The position numbers and the translations under genes are program-made. From Thermobaculum sp. (lineage in GTDB: Bacteria; Chloroflexota; Chloroflexia; Thermobaculales; Thermobaculaceae): 64,000 nt of DNA. The DNA lies in the NCBI GenBank assembly GCA_042408415.1, contig JBHORE010000003.1, forward strand, positions 6,156-70,155. The letters run 5' to 3'. The first letter of the stretch is position 1. Every line of letters begins with the position of its first letter. Below, piece after piece: positions 31,431 through 41,592 of this stretch. A model generated the notes under the pieces. The model saw nothing but the letters and a program-made list of their open reading frames with translations, was not told where the DNA came from and ran no database searches.

Positions 31431-34019
31431 ATGTCTACACCCGCAAGGCAACAATATCTAAGAATTAAGCAGCAATATCCGGACGCCATACTATTTTTTC
31501 GCCTGGGAGACTTTTACGAGACTTTTGACGAAGACGCTAAGATAGTGTCTTCAGAACTGGACATAGTTCTAACCTCAAGGGAGGTTCGAGGCAAAAAGAT
31601 ACCCATGGCGGGCGTTCCTTACCATGCTGCCGAGGGGTATATCGCAAAGCTCATCGCTAACGGCCACAAGGTAGCCATATGTGACCAAATAGGTGAGCCA
31701 GATGGCAAAAACCTAGTTGAAAGAAAGGTAACCAGAGTACTTACACCGGGCACAGTTGATCACCCATCTTTGATAGAAGCTCAAAGAAACAATTACTTGA
31801 TGGCCCTTTGTTTTAGCAGAGGCAGGGTCGGCTTAGCTTTCGCTGATGTATCTACCGGAGACTTCTATGCTACAGAGATAACAGGTGAAGACAGGCTAGA
31901 TAAGCTCAGAGATGAAATAACTCGGATTCAGCCTTCAGAGGTTTTGGTAAGCGAGGGCCCAGACAAAGTCCATACTAGTGAAGAACATGTGTGGATGAAA
32001 CAATCAGGACATCCAGCGCAGATCACGGTATTGGAGTCCTGGAAATGGAAAACCGATGTAGCTAGGGACTCGGTATTGTCGCTAACCGATGCCCAATCGT
32101 TAGAGGCGTTCGGGCTTGACTCTATGCCAGTAGCTTTGAAATCAGCTGGGGCCCTAGTTCAATACATCTCTGATACCAATCCAGCTGCTTTATCTACCCT
32201 GCGCCCTCCCAGCACATACTTCCTGTCTAACTTTATGCCTCTGGATGATAGAACGCGTAGGAACCTAGAGTTGATAGAGAGCACTAGAGGAGATAAATCT
32301 CTGTCACTGTTAGCCGTGCTCGATCATACCAGCACCGCCATGGGCGCTAGAATGCTCAGGAACTGGATTAACCAGCCACTGATATCCAAAGAATCCATAG
32401 AAAATAGACTAAACAGAGTACAGGAGTTTGTAGCACATAGCGAAGCTAGAGAAAGAATAAGAGAAGCACTCAAGCAAGTCTCCGATTTGGAGAGATTAGC
32501 CAACCGACTGGTCCAAAAGACTATTACTCCAAGAGAGCTACGTTCCCTTGCCCTCAGCTTGGAGAAGATTCCAGAACTTGTACAGATACTTCAGCAATGT
32601 AACATGCAGCTACAAGTATCCATCCATAACTTCCAACATATAGTCGACCTTATATTGTCAGCATTGGTGGACGATCCTCCAGCAGTCAGAGGAAGCGGCA
32701 CGATCATACGTGAGGGTTACTCTCAAGAGCTGGATAGGTTAAGGAGCGCATCAACAAATGCAAAGCAGTGGATAGCATCTCTCGAGCGCAAGGAACGCGA
32801 GGCTACCGGAATCAAAAACCTGCGGATAGGTTACAACAAGGTATTTGGTTATTACATAGAAGTTACCAACTCATTCAAACACCTAGTACCAGACAGATAT
32901 ATAAGAAAGCAGACACTTGTGGGGGCGGAACGTTTCATAACTCCTGAGCTGAAGGAGTACGAGTCACTCATACTGAACTCGCAAACAGAAGCTGAGACCA
33001 TAGAAGAGCAATTGCTTGATGAACTCATAACTAGAATAGCTGGAGAAGCAGGCAAGATATTCTCAACAGCCAGACAGATAGCCGAGATAGACTGTTACGT
33101 ATCGCTAGCAGAAGCAGCAGTTAGACACCAGTATGTTAGACCCATAGTATCTGAGGATGATGTTATAGAAATCAAGGGGGGCAGACATCCGGTAGTTGAG
33201 CTGAGAGCCAGCGAGGGCTTTGTACCTAACGATGCCTTCCTTGATCAGGAGACCCATCAAGTACTTATCTTAACCGGGCCCAATATGGCGGGCAAAAGCA
33301 CCTATCTTAGACAGGTTGCGCTTATAACCCTCATGGCACAAATAGGGAGCTTCGTACCTGCTGACAGCGCTCGTATAGGGATAGTAGACAGGATATTCAC
33401 CAGAGTGGGTGCTCAAGACGATATAGCCAGCGGGCAAAGCACATTTATGGTAGAGATGACTGAGACCGCCTATATACTCGCCCACTGCACTCCCAAATCC
33501 CTGGTAATACTGGATGAGATTGGGAGAGGTACAAGTACCTATGATGGAATGGCAATCGCACAGGCTGTAGTTGAGTACCTTCACAACAACACTCGGACAA
33601 GAGCCAGAACCCTATTTGCTACACACTACCATGAGCTCACATCATTAGAAGAATTCCTGCCAAGGGTCAAGAACTTTAGGATGGAAGTTCTTGAGGAAGG
33701 CAACGATGTGGTTTTCCTTAGAAAGGTCGTGCCAGGTGGAGCAGACAAATCCTATGGCATCCATGTGGCCAAGCTAGCCGGTATTCCGAAATCTGTAATC
33801 CGTCGGGCACAAGAGCTCCTAAAAGAGCTAGAAGCACAACTCAAGAAGGAAGAGGAAGATGATAATCCTCAACTAACTTTTCTCAATCCGGATGATGGAT
33901 TGCTTCAGGAGCTGGCGGATCTAGACGTGGAATCAATGACTCCTGTGGAGGCATTGACCAAGCTGTTCGAGATCCGCCAGCGGGCAGCCACTAAGTTGCT
34001 TGATCTAAGTAATCCCTAA
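31431..34019 (+). CDS. mutS: DNA mismatch repair protein MutS
   Basis: [51 protein letters not shown]. Confidence 0.98.
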   Translation: MSTPARQQYLRIKQQYPDAILFFRLGDFYETFDEDAKIVSSELDIVLTSREVRGKKIPMAGVPYHAAEGYIAKLIANGHKVAICDQIGEPDGKNLVERKVTRVLTPGTVDHPSLIEAQRNNYLMALCFSRGRVGLAFADVSTGDFYATEITGEDRLDKLRDEITRIQPSEVLVSEGPDKVHTSEEHVWMKQSGHPAQITVLESWKWKTDVARDSVLSLTDAQSLEAFGLDSMPVALKSAGALVQYISDTNPAALSTLRPPSTYFLSNFMPLDDRTRRNLELIESTRGDKSLSLLAVLDHTSTAMGARMLRNWINQPLISKESIENRLNRVQEFVAHSEARERIREALKQVSDLERLANRLVQKTITPRELRSLALSLEKIPELVQILQQCNMQLQVSIHNFQHIVDLILSALVDDPPAVRGSGTIIREGYSQELDRLRSASTNAKQWIASLERKEREATGIKNLRIGYNKVFGYYIEVTNSFKHLVPDRYIRKQTLVGAERFITPELKEYESLILNSQTEAETIEEQLLDELITRIAGEAGKIFSTARQIAEIDCYVSLAEAAVRHQYVRPIVSEDDVIEIKGGRHPVVELRASEGFVPNDAFLDQETHQVLILTGPNMAGKSTYLRQVALITLMAQIGSFVPADSARIGIVDRIFTRVGAQDDIASGQSTFMVEMTETAYILAHCTPKSLVILDEIGRGTSTYDGMAIAQAVVEYLHNNTRTRARTLFATHYHELTSLEEFLPRVKNFRMEVLEEGNDVVFLRKVVPGGADKSYGIHVAKLAGIPKSVIRRAQELLKELEAQLKKEEEDDNPQLTFLNPDDGLLQELADLDVESMTPVEALTKLFEIRQRAATKLLDLSNP

Positions 34020-34471
34020 TCCCTCTCCAGTATCCAGTTATCTATAGCTCTCTCGTAGCTAAGTATCTCATCGGGAGAGAAAAAGATTGATATCTCCCTC
34101 TCTGCCGACTCAGGGCTATCCGAGCCATGTATAACATTTCTGCCCAGACTAATAGCCAAGTCCCCTCTTATGCTACCGGGAACAGAATCAACAGGGTTAG
34201 TAGCCCCCATAGTCTTTCTAACTATGGAAACGGCATTAGGTCCCTCAAAAACGGCCAGAACTACTGGGCCGGAAGTTATAAAGTTCACCAGTCCTTGAAA
34301 GAAAGGCTTATTTACGTGCTCCTGATAATGTGTATGCGCAGTCTCTCGATCTATCTTAGAGAGCTTTAAAGCAACCAGTTTCAAACCTGTACGCTCTATC
34401 CTGGCTATAACCTCTCCTATAAGGCCTCTCTGTACAGCGTCTGGCTTTACTATTACTAATGTTCTTTCCAA
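34016..34471 (-). CDS. ndk: Nucleoside diphosphate kinase
   Basis: [26 protein letters not shown]; TTG start at 34471 with GGAGG SD. Confidence 0.96.
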   Translation of the reverse strand: MERTLVIVKPDAVQRGLIGEVIARIERTGLKLVALKLSKIDRETAHTHYQEHVNKPFFQGLVNFITSGPVVLAVFEGPNAVSIVRKTMGATNPVDSVPGSIRGDLAISLGRNVIHGSDSPESAEREISIFFSPDEILSYERAIDNWILERD

Positions 34472-34560
34472 ATGATCCCTCCTATAACACAAAGTAATCT
34501 ATGCCTGGGCCTTGCTGACCCAAGATCAAGAATACCAATAAACAGATCAGAAGTTAGTAA

Positions 34561-34782
34561 TTAGCCTATAGCTGGGACCGGTTCTCTCTCTGGCTCCACT
34601 TCCGGAGGTTCTTCAGGAGTAGGCTCCAGAGGTATATCTGGTCCTATGTCAGGTACAGGTTCAGGTATATCTGGTTCTGGCTCGGGCGGCGTGTCCACCT
34701 CGGGATAGTCTGGTGCAGGATTAGTATCTGGTTCATCTGGGATGACTGGTATACGCATGTAAGTAATATCAGGCATTAGCAT
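34561..34782 (-). CDS. Small Pro/Glu/Asp-rich disordered protein
   Basis: 73-aa ORF overlapping the upstream zincin stop, AAGGA SD, strongly biased P/E/D composition. Confidence 0.65.
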   Translation of the reverse strand: MLMPDITYMRIPVIPDEPDTNPAPDYPEVDTPPEPEPDIPEPVPDIGPDIPLEPTPEEPPEVEPEREPVPAIG

Positions 34783-35935
34783 CTATCCTTTCTATCCATA
34801 GCTGGGGAGACTTTATCTCCTCAAGGGACGGCAGATTCTCAGGCCCCTCCCATACTTTGTTCATGAAGCTTATTCCGCGTTCAGCCACCACCTTGTTCAC
34901 AAAAGCCTCACCCTGACGGTACTGTTCCATCTTTATATGAAGTCCTGTCAAGCGCGCAAAGAGTTTATCCGCCCAAGAGGCATTGGTCTGTCTTGCATCA
35001 AACCTTGATTTAATATAGCTGTAATCCGGCAGTACAGATGAGCCTATAGAATTCATAATATGGTTTGAATACCCCTCCAATAGGCTCATTACCGCCTGAA
35101 GCTTGCGAAAGATCTCTCTTTGAGCTTGAGGCATGAATATCTCCATCCAACCCTCATAATTATCTCTCGAACGCAGGCTGGATATGGCAGTGTTGAGCAG
35201 ATCCTTACCCCTGAAAGTCTTTACCTGACTGTTTACTACATCAAAATAACTCTCCAATAGGCTATTGAAATAATCCCTTAGCCATGGATTAGCCTCAAAC
35301 TCAAATGCATGAGTAGTTTCATGAAGCGCTATCCACAAGCGCAAATTATATCCTGGCAGCCTCAAGTCCCTTTCAAGCTTGCGAATGTTAGGCTCCACGA
35401 AATATAAACTGCCACCAACAGGTTCCTTCCCAAGTAGGCTTAGATCATATTGTCCAAGCACTCTTCTTGAGAGGTAGCCAAGGAGCACCCCCATCTGTGT
35501 GCTCATAAGCTGCTTGTTTACCTGAGAGAACACTAGAGCGCCCAACGAGCTAGAATTGTCAAGGTGCGCTTGTATCTCTTCTATCTTACTGAAGAGCTTG
35601 CGAAACCCTTCGATATTAGCCTTTATCCACTCTACGCGATCAAACACGTAAACAGTGCCGGTACCATGGATCAGATCCAATCCAGTGTAGCTATGAATGA
35701 AAGCTACACTTTGCTGAACCATATCGTTGTACATAAATCCCAAGCGATGCCTATCGATCACCTCTGAATCTGGTAGAGATTGCACCATATTGATAGCCAT
35801 CTGCTCTACTTTAGACCAATTAACTAGCCTAGAAGAATCATGATTTGTAGTTCTCGGTCTGGTAGCAACGTATATAGCACCAAGAGCGGCGCCAATTAGT
35901 ATCCCTGTTTCTATCTTTCTCCTGTTATTCAGCAT
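34769..35935 (-). CDS. Zincin-like metallopeptidase (DUF2342 / zincin_2 family)
   Basis: WIALHETTHAFEF (HExxH), RVLGQYD, MSLLEGYSNHIM, KMEQYRQG, NLPSLEEI..P..W. Confidence 0.88.
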   Translation of the reverse strand: MLNNRRKIETGILIGAALGAIYVATRPRTTNHDSSRLVNWSKVEQMAINMVQSLPDSEVIDRHRLGFMYNDMVQQSVAFIHSYTGLDLIHGTGTVYVFDRVEWIKANIEGFRKLFSKIEEIQAHLDNSSSLGALVFSQVNKQLMSTQMGVLLGYLSRRVLGQYDLSLLGKEPVGGSLYFVEPNIRKLERDLRLPGYNLRLWIALHETTHAFEFEANPWLRDYFNSLLESYFDVVNSQVKTFRGKDLLNTAISSLRSRDNYEGWMEIFMPQAQREIFRKLQAVMSLLEGYSNHIMNSIGSSVLPDYSYIKSRFDARQTNASWADKLFARLTGLHIKMEQYRQGEAFVNKVVAERGISFMNKVWEGPENLPSLEEIKSPQLWIERIDANA

Positions 35936-35953
35936 CTTTTTCCTCTAGCTATA

Positions 35954-37813
35954 CTACCTTCTTACCCTGTAGTCTCCCGATCTCCTGGTGATTCTCTGCT
36001 CATCCATGTACTCCAGCAAAGCCAGTACATACTTCCTGCTGGTTCCCAGCAGATCTCTTGCCCTCGCTACAGTTATAGGTCCACTCTTATCAATATCAGC
36101 AAGTATCTTATCAACCATGTCTTCATAAACGTCGATAGAAAAATAAATATCATCATCCACCTTAACAAGTTTACCCATATCTACCAGAGCCTGTAACAGC
36201 TCCCTGTCAGCATCGATTTCTGTTGGAGATGGAGGAGAGCTACCACCTGCTCTTATGCTCTCTAATATCCTGTCTGCCTTATACTTTAAGTATGCTGGCA
36301 CCTCCAAACGCCAATCAGTAGCGCTTACAGAGTCACCTAAATCTTTTATTATGTTATCCTCTATTAACTTATGTAAAACGGCCGATGTAAACCTAAGAGG
36401 TACAGGCAGCTTCTTTCTGAACTCCTCCTTCGGCATTCCCTTTCTCAAGGGAAAGTTACTATGGTACTCATGGAGCTCTATAGTAACACCTTGCTCGATA
36501 GAGTCCCAGAATTCTCTAGTCATTACTAGAGAGTCTGAGTTATATCCAGAGCTGATTGATATTAACTGGCTATTCGCTATCATTCCCCTTATGTCATCTT
36601 CATGAGCATATCCTAGAGACATCAATAGATCGTTCAAGGGCATAGGTCCATAGAGGCTTAGGATGGATACAACCTTATCGTTGATGCTACCTCTATGAAG
36701 GATATTCATCAGCTGTAATATCGCTGAATCGCTACGCTTATGCCTTCTAGGATATGGGGACAATACTATTCCTCCGCCCACCGTAACAGAAGGAGATGCT
36801 TTCCTCAGTATGAAATAGTCGCCTGGAGAGACCACCACAGGATCACTCAACCTAAGTTGGGCATATCCAGAACTCCCAGGATCTATGGTATCTATTACCA
36901 ATAAGCTCAGGATAGCCTGAGATTGAGTGGTACCTGAGAAGAACTCCAACTTATCGGCATGGGTGATTGGATCATCTAGGTCACTTACTGCTCTCACATA
37001 CACATCAATTCGCTTTGTTGGTCTAAACTTACCAGGAGTAACAAGCACATCTCCTCTCTGGATATCAGAGACATCTACTCCCGACAGGTTTACAGCCACC
37101 CTCCTACCCGGACCAACAGAACTAATTTGATTCTTGTGGCTTTGAAGCCCTCTTATTCGAGCCCGTTTCCCAGTAGGAAGTATCTCTACTTCTTGCCCCA
37201 GAATAAGAGAGCCCTCGATTAGGGTCCCTGTAACCACAGTACCAAAACCCTTGATAGTAAAAACTCGATCGATTGGTAACCTAGGCACACCTTTTACACT
37301 TCGAGGGGAATCCACCAAAATAGAATCTAAAATCTTAACTAAGTCACCCAGCCCCTTACCAGTGCGCGATGAAACACAAACGATAGGCGATCCCTCCAAT
37401 ACTGTACCCTTAAGGAGCTGGAGTACATCCTCGTATACGAGAGATAACCACTCTTCATCCACCAAGTCCACTTTAGTCAGAGCTACTACAGCCTTAGATA
37501 TCTCAAGCAGGTCGAGAATCGCCAGGTGTTCCTTCGTCTGAGGCATGACACCCTCATCTGCAGCTATTACTAGAATAGCCGCATCTATGCCTCCTACACC
37601 TGCAAGCATATTTTTGATGAATCTCTCATGACCAGGAACATCTACTATCGATACCTCTCTGCCAGAGGGTAGCCTCAGCCAAGCAAATCCCAGATCAATA
37701 GTCATCTCACGGGCTTTCTCTTCTTGCAGCCTGTCAGGGTCGATTCCTGTGAGAGCCTTGACGAGGGTACTCTTGCCATGATCTACGTGACCAGCAGTGC
37801 CAATGACAAACAC
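35954..37813 (-). CDS. selB: Selenocysteine-specific elongation factor
   Basis: GTAGHVDHGKS, DRLQEEKAREMTIDLGFA, DVPGHERF, C-terminal winged helix SRKYVLALLEYMD. Confidence 0.96.
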   Translation of the reverse strand: MFVIGTAGHVDHGKSTLVKALTGIDPDRLQEEKAREMTIDLGFAWLRLPSGREVSIVDVPGHERFIKNMLAGVGGIDAAILVIAADEGVMPQTKEHLAILDLLEISKAVVALTKVDLVDEEWLSLVYEDVLQLLKGTVLEGSPIVCVSSRTGKGLGDLVKILDSILVDSPRSVKGVPRLPIDRVFTIKGFGTVVTGTLIEGSLILGQEVEILPTGKRARIRGLQSHKNQISSVGPGRRVAVNLSGVDVSDIQRGDVLVTPGKFRPTKRIDVYVRAVSDLDDPITHADKLEFFSGTTQSQAILSLLVIDTIDPGSSGYAQLRLSDPVVVSPGDYFILRKASPSVTVGGGIVLSPYPRRHKRSDSAILQLMNILHRGSINDKVVSILSLYGPMPLNDLLMSLGYAHEDDIRGMIANSQLISISSGYNSDSLVMTREFWDSIEQGVTIELHEYHSNFPLRKGMPKEEFRKKLPVPLRFTSAVLHKLIEDNIIKDLGDSVSATDWRLEVPAYLKYKADRILESIRAGGSSPPSPTEIDADRELLQALVDMGKLVKVDDDIYFSIDVYEDMVDKILADIDKSGPITVARARDLLGTSRKYVLALLEYMDEQRITRRSGDYRVRR

Positions 37814-37956
37814 AGACGAGCTCCTGAGAAGAATAACGAGAGTGTAAAAGAATAAAGAAAAGTAAAGTCGGCAGGTGGATTATATCACAGAGAAATAAGT
37901 AAAGTAATAAGGCATATATACGAAAACGCTCAACGGTTATAATGGCAGGTGGAGGT

Positions 37957-39606
37957 ATGATGTCACAATCACTGTACCGGAAGTACCGCTCGCAAACTTT
38001 TGATGAACTCGTAGGCCAGGAGCATGTCAAGAAGACTCTGATAAACGCTATTAGGTCCGGCAAGATTGCTCATGCCTACCTGTTCTGCGGCCCTAGAGGT
38101 ACCGGCAAAACCTCCACTGCTAGGCTATTGGCCAAGGCAGTAAATTGCCTTTCAGAAGATACCAAACCCTGCAACAGTTGCAGTGCATGCCTATCCATAA
38201 ATGAGGGTAGAGCAGTAGATCTTATAGAGATCGATGCAGCCAGCAGGAGAAAGGTAGAAGACGTAGCTGATATCATCGAGAGGGTCAACTTTGCTCCTGC
38301 TGAGCTGAGATATAAGGTCTATATAATAGATGAAGTCCACATGCTAACCACCCACGCATTCAATGCGCTTCTCAAGACCTTAGAGGAGCCTCCAGCACAT
38401 GCCATCTTTGTGCTGGCAACAACTGAGGTCTGGAAAGTGCTACCTACAATAATCTCTAGATGTCAAAGATTCGACTTTAGAAGAATCGCTCCTAGGGAGA
38501 TAGTAGAGCGACTGGCGTTCATAGCTGAGAACGAAAACATTAGGATACAGAAGGATGCCCTGATTGCTATAGCGAAAGCCAGCACAGGAAGCCTAAGAGA
38601 TGCAATAAGCATCCTCGACCAGCTTACGGTATATGGCGACGAGGAGATAACGCTGGAGCATGTAAAACAGCTGCTGGGCATAGTAGGGGAAGATGTAGTA
38701 GCTGACTTCGTGGGAGCAATCATAGATAGCGATACTCAAGCAGCACTCTCATTGCTGTCACAACTGTCTGAGCACGGCATAGACCCTAGGCAATTTACCC
38801 ATGAGCTTGTGAGCTATTTGAGAGATCTAATGCTACTCAAAGCCTATAACCAAAACGCCAGCAAGGCGGGAATAGAAAGGATGTCGCTCCAGGCTATAAG
38901 CGAGCAGGCAAGCAGGGTTAGCATAGGTAGATTACACGAAATCACTGAGAAGTTTAGCACGCTAGACTATACAATACGTACTGGGCCTTACGGTTACCTA
39001 CCACTGGAATTGGCAGCTGTCGCACTCACAAATCCACAATCCTATGGAAGGACAGATAATCAAAGGCAGCAATCTAGCCCGACGCACACAAACAGTAAAT
39101 CTGTTATTCATAGAGTTGAAGAGGTAGCAGAAGACGTTAAGGATGCGATAAGCGACATGGTCGCCAAGGTAACATCAAAGAACGATGCTCTGCTGTATGA
39201 AGCTCAACCCTCACAAAGCGAAACAATAACATTAGATAGGGTACAGGCAAGTTGGCAAAGAATATTGGACAGATTGAAAGCAAGCAGTCTCAAGGTACAA
39301 GCCCTGCTAAAGGCAGGGAGGCCAGTAGCGGTTGAAGATGGTAACACCTTAGTCCTAGAGTTTCAATTCGACTTCCATAAAAAGAACATTGAAGAACCCT
39401 CAAACAGAGAGCTTGTGGAATCTACTCTTCAGAAGGTCTTAGGGGGAACATGGAAAATACAATGCGTACTAAGCAGTGAGCAATCAGATCTAAATCCAAC
39501 AGATACAAGAACTGAGAGGGAGAAACTTAGCTCAGATCCCAGGGTAAGAGCCGCAGTACAAATCTTTAACGGCAGAATCGTCGAGATAAATGGAGGAGAG
39601 TCATGA
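37957..39606 (+). CDS. dnaX: DNA polymerase III gamma/tau subunit
   Basis: LYRKYRSQTF, GPRGTGKT, CNSCSAC, IDEVHML, SRCQRF. Start at ATG 37957 or 37960 after GGAGG. Confidence 0.96.
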   Translation: MMSQSLYRKYRSQTFDELVGQEHVKKTLINAIRSGKIAHAYLFCGPRGTGKTSTARLLAKAVNCLSEDTKPCNSCSACLSINEGRAVDLIEIDAASRRKVEDVADIIERVNFAPAELRYKVYIIDEVHMLTTHAFNALLKTLEEPPAHAIFVLATTEVWKVLPTIISRCQRFDFRRIAPREIVERLAFIAENENIRIQKDALIAIAKASTGSLRDAISILDQLTVYGDEEITLEHVKQLLGIVGEDVVADFVGAIIDSDTQAALSLLSQLSEHGIDPRQFTHELVSYLRDLMLLKAYNQNASKAGIERMSLQAISEQASRVSIGRLHEITEKFSTLDYTIRTGPYGYLPLELAAVALTNPQSYGRTDNQRQQSSPTHTNSKSVIHRVEEVAEDVKDAISDMVAKVTSKNDALLYEAQPSQSETITLDRVQASWQRILDRLKASSLKVQALLKAGRPVAVEDGNTLVLEFQFDFHKKNIEEPSNRELVESTLQKVLGGTWKIQCVLSSEQSDLNPTDTRTEREKLSSDPRVRAAVQIFNGRIVEINGGES

Positions 39607-39902
39607 ATCAGAGAATGGTAAGAGAACTTCAAAATCAGATGATGAAGATCCAGGAACAACTAGAGCACGAAACCGTAGAGGTTACAGCTGGTGGCGGGGC
39701 GATCACTGCGGTCATGAACGGACATATGAAGCTACTGAGCATCAAGATTGACCCAGAGGTTGTGGATCCTGAAGACGTGGAGACTCTGGAAGATCTAGTA
39801 GTTGCCGCAGTAAACGAAGCAATAACCAAAGCCCAGGAGCTAGCCGCACAACGCATGTCCGTACTAACTGGCGGGATGAAGATTCCGGGACTCAACTTCT
39901 AA
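39603..39902 (+). CDS. ybaB: YbaB/EbfC nucleoid-associated protein
   Basis: TAGGGAI, IDPEVVDPEDVETLEDLVVAAVNEA; follows dnaX. Confidence 0.93.
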   Translation: MNQRMVRELQNQMMKIQEQLEHETVEVTAGGGAITAVMNGHMKLLSIKIDPEVVDPEDVETLEDLVVAAVNEAITKAQELAAQRMSVLTGGMKIPGLNF

Positions 39903-39913
39903 CTTGCAATTTA

Positions 39914-39934
39914 TTGTGCACTATGCACTATAAT
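39914..39934 (+). promoter_or_regulatory. Predicted PucR-family operator overlapping the regulator's -10
   Basis: TTGTGCA-CTA-TGCACTA (39914-39930) overlaps TATAAT (39929-39934), 5 nt before GTG 39940. Confidence 0.75.
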
Positions 39935-39939
39935 CTCTT

Positions 39940-41472
39940 GTGGTCTCAATAAGTGAACTGCTGTCTGGTCCTCTCAGTGGAAAGGCATCGGTGGTTGCAG
40001 GTGCACAATCCCTCAACCACATAGTCACTTGGGTTGCCTCCGCTAGATCACGCACTCCTGCACTTTCTAGACTTGAGGGAGGAGAGCTGGTTCTCATTCC
40101 CCCATCAGCTTATGAGTATTTAGGCGGAGACCAGACACTAGAAGACCTGCTTAGATCCTTGAAGTCAGCCGACATAGCTGGTATATGCCTATGGCAGGCA
40201 CCTTCCGCTAGGGCTATACAGGTTGCTAACGAGATAGAACTACCGATTCTAGCTGTGACTAATGTATCCCCTCCAGAGCTGGAGAGGGACCTAGTTGAGT
40301 TCATCTCCAACAGGATCCGATCTGGTATCCAGAGAACCAATCAGACACAAGTACAGCTTTTGGATATTCTTGCTAGCAATAGAGGTCCAGAGGCACTAAT
40401 CAGATTGCTAGCACAGAGCTTGAATATGCCGGTGGCTTGCTATCAGATCGATGGGCAAATGATTTCAAGTCCCAATTTCCCCGATATAGATCCCCCTGAC
40501 CTAAACATAGATTGGAATGAAAGCATCATCCATACAAATAGGTCAACAAACGCAAGGTATTCCGGATGGGTCTGGCAGATAGCAGTACGTAGGAGCAATA
40601 AACCTATTGCAGTGTTAGTGGTTCTAGCCGATAAACCAGACCCAACCCCACAGGAAGCCTTGGACATAAAGCAGACAGCCGCCGCTATCTCTGTAGAGTT
40701 GAGCAGGCTACTAGCAGCTGAGGAGAATAAGGCCAGGCTACGGTCAGAACTAATTAGGGACCTATTCTATAAAGGAGCCGTTGAGAATCTGGCTGTAAGA
40801 GCAGATGTCGTAGGGATATCCATTCCAAATAACGGTGTAGTAGCGGTAATAAGAGGGATACCGCCTGAAACTAATGCTATGGAATTGCTGAGGGATCTGC
40901 TACCAAAGGCATCAAGCTTGCTTTCCAGTTACCCTATTCTGTATGAGAAAGGTGAAATTGCTATGCTCTTACCTGCTACCTTGAGGGGTGAGAGCACGAC
41001 TTCTATGCTGAGCAGAGGTGGAGCAATAAATATACCTAATATTGCCGTTGGGATTAGCACTCAGGTAAAACAGATAAGCGAAATACCTAACCACCTCTAT
41101 GAAGCTAGAATAGCGGCCCTTGTTAGCGAGAAGATCCATCAAGGGAGAATGGTAACCTTAGAAGAGGCTAAAGCATATGGACTTATAGCCCCCTTGGCTG
41201 GCTTAGAACCTATAAAAAGAAGAGTTATCGAAATTCTAACTCCCCTCATCACAGAAGCGGATGGTAACAGATCGGAGCTATTCGAGACTCTGAAAGTATA
41301 CTCTGAATGCAACGGCAATTTATCAGAAGCTGCTCGCATTCTGCACATACATCGCAACAGCCTGGCCTACAGATTGCACAAAATAGAGCTGCTTACTAGA
41401 AGGAACTTGGAAGATCCTGAAGATAGATTTATGCTGGCTATTGCTGTACACCTCTATCCCTTCCTGTTGTAG
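39940..41472 (+). CDS. PucR/CdaR family transcriptional regulator
   Basis: N-terminal PucR ligand domain (VVAGAQSLNHIVTWV...LEGGELVL), GAF-like middle, C-terminal HTH (ETLKVY...GNLSEAARILHIHRNSLAYRLHKIE). Confidence 0.92.
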   Translation: MVSISELLSGPLSGKASVVAGAQSLNHIVTWVASARSRTPALSRLEGGELVLIPPSAYEYLGGDQTLEDLLRSLKSADIAGICLWQAPSARAIQVANEIELPILAVTNVSPPELERDLVEFISNRIRSGIQRTNQTQVQLLDILASNRGPEALIRLLAQSLNMPVACYQIDGQMISSPNFPDIDPPDLNIDWNESIIHTNRSTNARYSGWVWQIAVRRSNKPIAVLVVLADKPDPTPQEALDIKQTAAAISVELSRLLAAEENKARLRSELIRDLFYKGAVENLAVRADVVGISIPNNGVVAVIRGIPPETNAMELLRDLLPKASSLLSSYPILYEKGEIAMLLPATLRGESTTSMLSRGGAINIPNIAVGISTQVKQISEIPNHLYEARIAALVSEKIHQGRMVTLEEAKAYGLIAPLAGLEPIKRRVIEILTPLITEADGNRSELFETLKVYSECNGNLSEAARILHIHRNSLAYRLHKIELLTRRNLEDPEDRFMLAIAVHLYPFLL

Positions 41473-41482
41473 CGCTAATTTC

Positions 41483-41532
41483 TGTTGCTAACTGCACAAC
41501 TAAATAGCGGTTTTATTGTGCAAAATGCATAC
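41483..41532 (+). promoter_or_regulatory. Paired predicted PucR-family operators upstream of the first glnA
   Basis: TGTTGCT-AAC-TGCACAA (41483-41499) and TTGTGCA-AAA-TGCATAC (41516-41532), 33 bp apart; candidate -10 TACCAT at 41555. Confidence 0.72.
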
Positions 41533-41592
41533 TAGAACGATAGGCTCTGACCTATACCATGTATGCGTAACTATTATACTTAGGAGTTGCAA

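Noticed and set aside
37814-37956. Possible SRP RNA (ffs/scr) upstream of dnaX
   Set aside because: The region is A-rich and unstructured with no SRP domain IV hairpin; only divergent -10 elements are visible.
37957-39606. Programmed frameshift or slippage site in dnaX
   Set aside because: I saw no A-AAA-AAG heptamer or long homopolymer run in the linker region.
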